From assembly GCF_000011805.1 (NCBI RefSeq), contig NC_006840.2: 32,000 bases of DNA; one strand, given 5' to 3'. The notes beneath the pieces are model-generated. The model worked only from the letters and a program-made list of their open reading frames with translations. It was not told the origin of the DNA and did not search any database. The DNA comes from Aliivibrio fischeri ES114 (GTDB lineage: Bacteria; Pseudomonadota; Gammaproteobacteria; Enterobacterales; Vibrionaceae). Numbering within the stretch: the stretch's first letter is position 1; the number at the start of each line of letters is the position of its first letter. Of this stretch, positions 26,359 through 32,000 are shown one piece after another. Both the position numbers and the translations under genes were made by a program.

Positions 26359-27447
26359 TTATTTATCTGCAACGATTTCATCCATTAAACGATCAATTTG
26401 AATTACGACTTGTTCGCTTGAATCTTCCATTGCATTAATTGATGTAATCATACCAGCCATATTACCTGTTTGAGCTTTACTCATGGCTTTACGTCCATTG
26501 TCGTGAACTGCCTTGTGAGGCTCTTCCAGTAGAGCATAGCTTTTTAGATGATTATAAGCTTTGCCACTTCCTTTGTAGTACCACTGACCCAATCGACATT
26601 CAGAGTGAGTATTAACGGTTTCGTCGAATGAGTGTTTTTGCAGTAAGCGATACACATTGTTTTTCCAAATCGCATGATCAAGTTTTACCGTATCAAGGAA
26701 CGCTCTCGTTGAAGCGACATAAATGATCTCTTTCATGTGCTCTGATTTATCAACTACCTCATTTACGATGGTTCCAATTTGTGCTGAAGAGGCTGATACT
26801 TCTTCTGCACAGGCTTGGTTTTCATCGATAGATATTTTAATGGCATCCACTTGAGTTAACACTTGGTTCACTAGGGAATCAATCTGCTCGCTAGCGTCAC
26901 TGGCTTTGCTTGCTAGGGTTCTTACTTCATCAGCAACAACAGCAAATCCTCGGCCAGCATCACCTGCACGAGCTGCTTCAATTGCTGCATTGAGAGCAAG
27001 TAAGTTTGTTTGGTCAGAAATTTCTTGGATAGTAGAGACAAGATGAGAAATGGAGTTAGCCGTTTCATCTAATATTTGAACAGATTTAATGCTGTGGGTT
27101 GTTTGAGAGCTTATTTCTACGGCTCTATTGTCAAGTCGAGTGAGGGCTTGATGGGTTTGTTTAAAGACTTCGCTAAGTTGTTCTAGGTTTTCATTCTCTT
27201 GCGCCATCGATTGAGCGCTTTCTACCATTGCAGTTCGAATGGTTTGAAGCATATCACCACCTTTTAAACTGCTCGAAATCAAACCGTCGCTACTTTGATA
27301 ATCTTGCTGTACTGAGATGACTTGCTGTTTAGCTTCTTGGAGCTGATCTTCTAATTTCTGAATATCTGTTTGGTATTTATTTTTAAGGTCAGATAACTCT
27401 TTTTTTAGAGCTTCATTTTCTGCTTTGACTCGATTTAATCTAAACAT
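26359..27447 (-). CDS. Cytoplasmic methyl-accepting chemotaxis protein with a C-terminal CZB (chemoreceptor zinc-binding) domain
   Basis: No TM segment or signal peptide is present. The N-terminus is coiled-coil. It has the canonical MCP hairpin [38 protein letters not shown]. The C-terminal HAIWKNNVY...[10 protein letters not shown]...[10 protein letters not shown] fits the CZB His/Cys/His/His zinc motif. Confidence 0.9.
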   Translation of the reverse strand: MFRLNRVKAENEALKKELSDLKNKYQTDIQKLEDQLQEAKQQVISVQQDYQSSDGLISSSLKGGDMLQTIRTAMVESAQSMAQENENLEQLSEVFKQTHQALTRLDNRAVEISSQTTHSIKSVQILDETANSISHLVSTIQEISDQTNLLALNAAIEAARAGDAGRGFAVVADEVRTLASKASDASEQIDSLVNQVLTQVDAIKISIDENQACAEEVSASSAQIGTIVNEVVDKSEHMKEIIYVASTRAFLDTVKLDHAIWKNNVYRLLQKHSFDETVNTHSECRLGQWYYKGSGKAYNHLKSYALLEEPHKAVHDNGRKAMSKAQTGNMAGMITSINAMEDSSEQVVIQIDRLMDEIVADK

Positions 27448-27778
27448 AAGCTAAGAAATTAATTAAATGATTTCCCGAGTCTACCTAGAATGGTTGATTT
27501 TTGTCATACCAAAGGTAATAGATATTGGTTAATTAAGTGAAATATTTGAGGTGGCTACACCTAAGTATAACCGTTACTTAGTGATTAAATAATGAGTTAT
27601 TTTTGTACTATATGATATGCGCAATAAAAGTAGCAAAGCATGAGTATGCTAGCTTCAACTTGACCTTTAATAGTATTTATTGAGTTTGTTTTTTTTCTAA
27701 AGAACAGTATACAATTCAATTAAGACGGCGTAGAGTTCTTATTTCCTATAATTCTTTATCAATAAGTATATAAATAAT

Positions 27779-28165
27779 ATGAAAAAATACGTCACTTTGG
27801 CTTTATCGTTAGCAACATTAACTATGTCCACTCATGTCATGGCTTTAAATGGTATGGGGGTCCAAATTGAAGCTATTTATATGAGCTCTAATTCTAACGG
27901 TTTATTTATTACACCAAAAGAAAAGCAATCTCCAAGTGGTTTTTATCGCCCAGAGTTTCCTCAAACTTGCCAAATTAATGGTGAGTTCTACCTCCCTTTA
28001 CCTGATGGAGCTATTGGTACTCGTATGCATTTTATGCTTGAAGATGCTATGCAGAATAGTGCGTTAATCATGTTATATTCTGATGGAGAATGTGCGGGTG
28101 ACCCAAAAATGGATGGTAGTTCTAGACCAAAAGTTGTTGCCATTAAAAAATTATTTAAAGGGTAG
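27779..28165 (+). CDS. Small secreted protein; unknown function
   Basis: 128 aa with a signal peptide (LATLTMSTHVMA/LNG). The mature part has two Cys residues. It is flanked by more than 300 bp of visibly AT-rich non-coding DNA on each side. I recognise no family. Confidence 0.55.
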   Translation: MKKYVTLALSLATLTMSTHVMALNGMGVQIEAIYMSSNSNGLFITPKEKQSPSGFYRPEFPQTCQINGEFYLPLPDGAIGTRMHFMLEDAMQNSALIMLYSDGECAGDPKMDGSSRPKVVAIKKLFKG

Positions 28166-28381
28166 TTATTTTAACGCTTCTAATCTGAGATGCATTACTT
28201 TTTAATGTGCTGCTAAAATCAAAACAAAATTCTTCATCATTACTTATAGTATTTTTAGTTAATATTTTTCAATCATTGAATTTAATTCTAAATATTTGAT
28301 ATAGTTAGTTTTGTGTTAGTTGTTAATAAGTTTTATTTATATAAGAGTTGCATTAAAAACAAATTGCGTAACAGCACCCAC

Positions 28382-28413
28382 AAAAAAGGGATCTAGCCTA
28401 AACCAGATCCCCC
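28382..28413 (-). terminator. Rho-independent terminator of secDF
   Basis: The minus strand reads GGGATCT-10 nt loop-AGATCCC followed by TTTTTT. Confidence 0.75.
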
Positions 28414-28419
28414 AACATC

Positions 28420-28443
28420 AAGCCGCATTCCCTGCGGCTTTTT
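28420..28443 (+). terminator. Hairpin with a T-run on the plus strand; faces the secreted-protein gene and is also the first hairpin after secF
   Basis: AAGCCGCA-ttccc-TGCGGCTT followed by TTT. Confidence 0.55.
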
Positions 28444-28465
28444 ACTATCTATCTAAACCTAACTC

Positions 28466-29365
28466 TTACGGCTCTTCAGAAATTGGTTTTGGCTTGTAGT
28501 GCTCTGAATTCAAACCAAAGTACTCAGGTAAACTTGTACCTACCGAGATAGAAGACCAAGTACCTGTTACGATACCGATGAACATCGCAATCGCAAAGCC
28601 CTCTAGTGGACCGCCACCTAATAACCATAAAGAACCAACAGTGATTAGGGTAGTACCTGATGTCACCATAGTACGAGAGAAGGTTGCCGCAACTGCCTCG
28701 TTATTGATCTCTTGGATAGATAACTCAGGCTTGGCAATTAACAGCTCACGGATCCTATCTGCAATGATGATAGAGTCATTTAACGAGTAACCTAAAATCG
28801 CCAAAATAGCGGCTAGGGTGGTTAAGTTAAACTCCATTTGAGTCGCAGCAAAGAAACCAAGTACAAACACGATATCGTGGGTTAGGGCAAACAGAGAGCC
28901 AGAAGCCAAACGCCATTCAAAACGGTAGCTTAAATACGCTAAGATAACCAAAACCGACACCAATAATGCCATGCCACCTTGTTCAGTTAGCTCTTGGCCT
29001 ACTTGTGGACCAACGATACTGGTATTTAATACTTGAACATCGGTATGCAGAGGAGCAAGTACCTCAGTCAGTGGTGGAAGTTCAGTACCATGTGGTGGAA
29101 TCGCATAACGCAGAACCCAACGACCCGGCTCACCAGAGGCAATAACAGCAACATCTTGTTTAAAGCCGGCATCCAATAATGGTGCAATTTCACTGTTGGT
29201 GATTTTGCTATCCAGTTGAACTTCACTCACGATACCGCCAGTAAAATCCAAGCCCCAGTTAAGGCCTTTGGTTGCGATCATCGTTAATGCAAAAATCATT
29301 AAACATACCGAAACCACACTCGTCATGTGACGCCATTTTGTTGCATTTTTCATATTTATAAACAT
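28466..29365 (-). CDS. secF: Protein translocase subunit SecF (paralogue linked to the VemP-like ORF)
   Basis: The sequences GLNWGLDFTGG, LAILGYSLNDSIIIADRIRE and a multi-TM profile identify it. The start is either ATG 29365 or ATG 29353, and the secD stop is only a few nt away. Confidence 0.9.
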   Translation of the reverse strand: MFINMKNATKWRHMTSVVSVCLMIFALTMIATKGLNWGLDFTGGIVSEVQLDSKITNSEIAPLLDAGFKQDVAVIASGEPGRWVLRYAIPPHGTELPPLTEVLAPLHTDVQVLNTSIVGPQVGQELTEQGGMALLVSVLVILAYLSYRFEWRLASGSLFALTHDIVFVLGFFAATQMEFNLTTLAAILAILGYSLNDSIIIADRIRELLIAKPELSIQEINNEAVAATFSRTMVTSGTTLITVGSLWLLGGGPLEGFAIAMFIGIVTGTWSSISVGTSLPEYFGLNSEHYKPKPISEEP

Positions 29366-29368
29366 AAC

Positions 29369-31192
29369 TTAAACCCTAACATCATGACGAGAATCACGAC
29401 CCCAAACTAAATTGATAATGGCACGTGAAGCGAAGATGCCGGTGAACATACTGGTTAATAGACCTAAGCCCAGTGTTAATGCAAAGCCTTGGATAGGGCC
29501 ATTACCTATGGTGTATAGAACCACTGCGGTAATCATGGTGGTGAAGTTGGCATCAAAAATGGTACCAAATGCACTACTAAAACCTCTATCAATGGCTTGA
29601 GCCAATGTTCGACCTTCTTTCTGTTTATCTTTAATACGTTCAAATATCAGTACGTTGGTATCAACCGCCATACCTACGGTCAGTACAAGACCTGCAATCC
29701 CCGGAAGCGTAAGAACAGCACCCGGAATAAGAGCAAGCAGACCAAATAGCATTACCATGTTGCCAATAAGTGCAATGTTGGCAACCCAGCCTAAGCGACG
29801 GTACCACACCGCCATAAATAGCAGCGTTAAACCAAGACCAAGACCTAAAGCCGCAAAACCGTTTTGGATGTTTTCAGCACCTAGCGTTGGACCAATAGTA
29901 CGTTCTTCAACGATGGTTACAGGCGCAGTTAATGAACCAGCACGTAGAAGTAGAGCAAGCTCTTGAGATTCTTGAAGAGAACCAGAACCTGTGATTCTAA
30001 AGCGGCTACCTAACTGACTTTGAATCGTCGCAACACTGATGATTTGGTTACTTTGCTCTGTGTTACCTGCGCTATCACGGCTGTATTCGTTGTATGAGGT
30101 TGCCATTGGCTTGCCCACATTGTGACGAGAAAACTCAGACATGATTTTGCCGCCTGAACTATCAAGAACAATGTTTACTTCTGCCATGCCCATTTCACCA
30201 AGACTCGCACGTGCATCAACAATGTGATCACCCGTTAGTACTGGTTTTCTGCCTACACGAACTGGTTGGCCGTTTTGGTCAGGAATAACCATTGTGCTGC
30301 CAGTGCCTTGTTCTTTTACTGCGTAGAAAGCAAGACTTGCTGTCGCACCGATAACGTTTTTCGCCGCTGCTGGATCTTGAACACCTGGAAGCTCGATACG
30401 AATGCGGTTTTCACCTTGACGCTGAACCAGTGCTTCGGTAATACCTAACTCTTCAATACGGCTACGCATGGTTTGAAGGTTTTGCTGTACTGTTAGGTTA
30501 CGTACGGCAATTTTTTCATCTTCTTTTAGCGTTAATTTAAGATCAAAACCGTCATCATTGGTGATTTGCCAAGTAGGGTAGTTTTTATGAATGAATTGAC
30601 GAGCTGCGTGGCTTGCTTCTTCTGAAGGTAAGTGAACCACTAGCGTATCACTGTCTACTTTTTGTAAGCGAACTGAGCGAATACGTTCTTCACGTAACTC
30701 TTGTTTTAGCGAGTCAGCTAATTCGTTACGTTGTGCTTGGTAAACTTGGTTTACGTCCACATCCAGTAAGAATTGCACACCGCCACGTAAATCAAGACCG
30801 AGTTTGATTGGTTCAAAGCCCATGTTTTGTAGCCAAGCTGGTGCAGCAGGTGCAAGTGACAATGCTAGTGTGGTGCCTTTTTGGCTTTCATCAATCACTG
30901 AACCAAGCACATCTTTAGCGGCAACTTGTTGTGCTTCATCTTTCAAAATAACGATGGTTTTATCGCCTTTTTGTTCGATGCGTTTTACGTTAATGCCTTG
31001 CTCAGTCAAGGTGTTTTGTAGTGATACAATCGATGGAATGTGTCCATCTTTGTTGGTGATTTGCACGGCGGCATCTTCACCATACCAAGTCGGGATCGCA
31101 CTCAATAATAGAATAACAAGGGTCGTAATAAGTACGATGTATTTCCATTTAGAATAATGGTTCAGTCGCTGTATTGGTTGTTTTCTTTGCAT
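29369..31192 (-). CDS. secD: Protein translocase subunit SecD (paralogue linked to the VemP-like ORF)
   Basis: Has an N-terminal TM helix and a large periplasmic domain (LGLDLRGGVQFLL). The C-terminal TM bundle contains AGLVLTVGMAVDTNVLIFERIKD. SD GAGGTG (31201-31206) lies 8 nt from ATG 31192. Confidence 0.95.
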   Translation of the reverse strand: MQRKQPIQRLNHYSKWKYIVLITTLVILLLSAIPTWYGEDAAVQITNKDGHIPSIVSLQNTLTEQGINVKRIEQKGDKTIVILKDEAQQVAAKDVLGSVIDESQKGTTLALSLAPAAPAWLQNMGFEPIKLGLDLRGGVQFLLDVDVNQVYQAQRNELADSLKQELREERIRSVRLQKVDSDTLVVHLPSEEASHAARQFIHKNYPTWQITNDDGFDLKLTLKEDEKIAVRNLTVQQNLQTMRSRIEELGITEALVQRQGENRIRIELPGVQDPAAAKNVIGATASLAFYAVKEQGTGSTMVIPDQNGQPVRVGRKPVLTGDHIVDARASLGEMGMAEVNIVLDSSGGKIMSEFSRHNVGKPMATSYNEYSRDSAGNTEQSNQIISVATIQSQLGSRFRITGSGSLQESQELALLLRAGSLTAPVTIVEERTIGPTLGAENIQNGFAALGLGLGLTLLFMAVWYRRLGWVANIALIGNMVMLFGLLALIPGAVLTLPGIAGLVLTVGMAVDTNVLIFERIKDKQKEGRTLAQAIDRGFSSAFGTIFDANFTTMITAVVLYTIGNGPIQGFALTLGLGLLTSMFTGIFASRAIINLVWGRDSRHDVRV

Positions 31193-31194
31193 AA

Positions 31195-31325
31195 TAATTT
31201 CACCTCACATACGACAATGCGTATGCGAAAAAGTCACAAATCTAGCTAGATCAAATGCTTATATAGATTGGTATAAGTACAGAAATAACTAAGTGATAAA
31301 TCGATGGATTTTGAATGTGAAATTA
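31195..31325 (-). promoter_or_regulatory. vemP-secD intergenic leader with candidate SD-occluding RNA helices
   Basis: mRNA UAAUUUCAC (31317-31325: the vemP stop codon plus 6 nt) is perfectly complementary to GUGAAAUUA (31195-31203: the last 3 nt of the SD plus the spacer). A local hairpin CGCAUACG-cauugu-CGUAUGUG (31206-31227) abuts the SD. Confidence 0.5.
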
Positions 31326-31859
31326 AGCAGCAGGGAACAGTCGATGACTGTAGAGGAGGTTACTTTCTTTCCAAGCAGAGACTCGAGAAACCGATGAATA
31401 GCTGTATAACGCCCAATCAACACTTGGTTTTGGCTTTTCTTGATAACCAATAGTTAATTGTTCAGCAGGGATAGCTGGGATCTCTAACGCTAATTCATAA
31501 ACAGGAAAGACTTCTTCTGGCTCATGGCGTGCTAGGTTTGCCATACGAGATGAGTTACCTACACCAAGGTTTACATTATGGCCTTGAGAAGAATTTTGAG
31601 AATGGGAAGAGAGCGTATTGCTTGGGGTGTCTGTGACATTACAAGTTAAGAAGTCAACTTGATGTGTCAATGACGGGTCTAAAGTAAGGTTCACTTGAAT
31701 GGTAGAATGTTGCTCGATAGTGAAATCGGCAATTACGGTGTCACTGTTTTGCTGATATGAAGATGCCTGAGCAAGCGAACTTACCCCTAAGCATAAACAG
31801 ATGATCAGTAATCGAAACAGTTGTACCACGAAAAATCCAGTGATGTGATAATAGACCAT
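31323..31859 (-). CDS. vemP: VemP-like secretion-monitoring arrest peptide (leader ORF of secDF)
   Basis: Sits immediately upstream of secD on the same strand. It has a signal-peptide-like N-terminus (LLIICLCLGVSSLAQA/SS), a low-complexity S/N/Q/H-rich middle and a C-terminus ...SRVSAWKESNLLYSHRLFPAA*. The start is uncertain: ATG 31859 was chosen, and TTG 31892 is possible. Confidence 0.75.
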   Translation of the reverse strand: MVYYHITGFFVVQLFRLLIICLCLGVSSLAQASSYQQNSDTVIADFTIEQHSTIQVNLTLDPSLTHQVDFLTCNVTDTPSNTLSSHSQNSSQGHNVNLGVGNSSRMANLARHEPEEVFPVYELALEIPAIPAEQLTIGYQEKPKPSVDWALYSYSSVSRVSAWKESNLLYSHRLFPAA

Positions 31860-31945
31860 CGCATCGTATTCGATGAATGGCCTTACTGGCAAGTGAAATT
31901 AATGGATTAATAAAAATTGATGTAATTTTTGTTGTTTATTTCGCT

Positions 31946-32000
31946 TTATTTTCTTGCTGCATTCTTTGATTCAAAGCGTTCAAGTACATGATCAATAAAA
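31946..32000 (-). CDS. 3' end (17 codons) of an unidentified gene entering from the right edge
   Basis: The minus-strand frame ...FIDHVLERFESKNAARK* is open from the window edge to TAA at 31946-31948. It is too short to identify. Confidence 0.3.
   Translation of the reverse strand, partial: FIDHVLERFESKNAARK

Noticed and set aside
29412-31157. Five plus-strand ORFs (29412-29600, 29655-29966, 30266-30448, 30613-30807, 30804-31157) opposite secD/secF.
   Set aside because: They are antisense shadows of strongly supported secD/secF coding sequence. The translations are Ala/Ser/Pro/Arg-rich low-complexity, with no starts backed by an SD.
31241-31250. The 10-bp perfect palindrome TCTAGCTAGA in the vemP-secD leader.
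   Set aside because: It is too short and loop-less to form a stable RNA hairpin, and flanking pairing adds only a G-U pair. Such a palindrome is expected by chance, so I did not include it in the switch model.
1-32000. Scan for tRNA/rRNA genes, CRISPR repeats, IS elements or transposases, integrases, att-like direct repeats and prophage genes.
   Set aside because: I found no periodic direct repeats, no tRNA-like T-arm/acceptor patterns and no transposase or integrase-like ORFs on either strand. All ORFs longer than 120 aa are accounted for by the features listed.

Overview
This is an AT-rich gamma-proteobacterial chromosomal window. It looks Vibrionaceae-like, judged only from the VemP-SecDF arrangement and gene content; I cannot verify that without a database. 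I recognised no rRNA, tRNA, CRISPR array, IS element, transposase or integrase. LEFT HALF (1-16.9 kb): an aryl-polyene (APE)-type type II PKS/FAS-like biosynthesis and export locus. It is a 17-gene plus-strand operon (1556-16886) with many overlapping stop/start junctions. Its genes encode a Cys-less KS-like chain-length factor, a PlsC-type acyltransferase, two ACPs, a membrane protein, an adenylating enzyme, two hotdog dehydratases, a GT2/LpxL-like fusion, a MIO ammonia-lyase, a thioesterase, a LolA-like protein, an MMPL/RND exporter, a lipoprotein, two true ketosynthases and a FabG-type reductase. A divergent lipoprotein gene and a SAM methyltransferase truncated by the left edge (absent from the ORF track) complete the locus. 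The exporter gene is broken by several frameshifts confined to about 270 bp. That stretch shows literal base-doubling, so a base-calling or assembly artefact is more likely than a real pseudogene. RIGHT HALF: housekeeping genes (hslJ, rplY, radD/yejH, a class II c-type cytochrome, a secD-secF paralogue) are interleaved with accessory genes. The accessory genes are a two-HKD PLD-family lipoprotein, a repeat-containing lipoprotein plus beta-barrel pair, a YcxB-like membrane protein, a TetR-GNAT-YjhX (TopAI-like toxin) module, a cytoplasmic chemoreceptor with a C-terminal CZB zinc domain, and an orphan secreted protein in AT-rich DNA. The ORF upstream of secD ends in a VemP-like ribosome-arrest motif, and the sequence around its stop codon is complementary to the secD Shine-Dalgarno/spacer region. 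Most systems here belong to families already described (APE, VemP-SecDF2, TopAI/YjhQ). Four things remain unexplained by known families: a 38-bp perfect palindrome between rplY and the cytochrome gene, the lipoprotein/barrel pair, the reversed-order TetR-linked YjhX module with a shared operator-like motif, and a 16-codon ORF behind a perfect AGGAGG.
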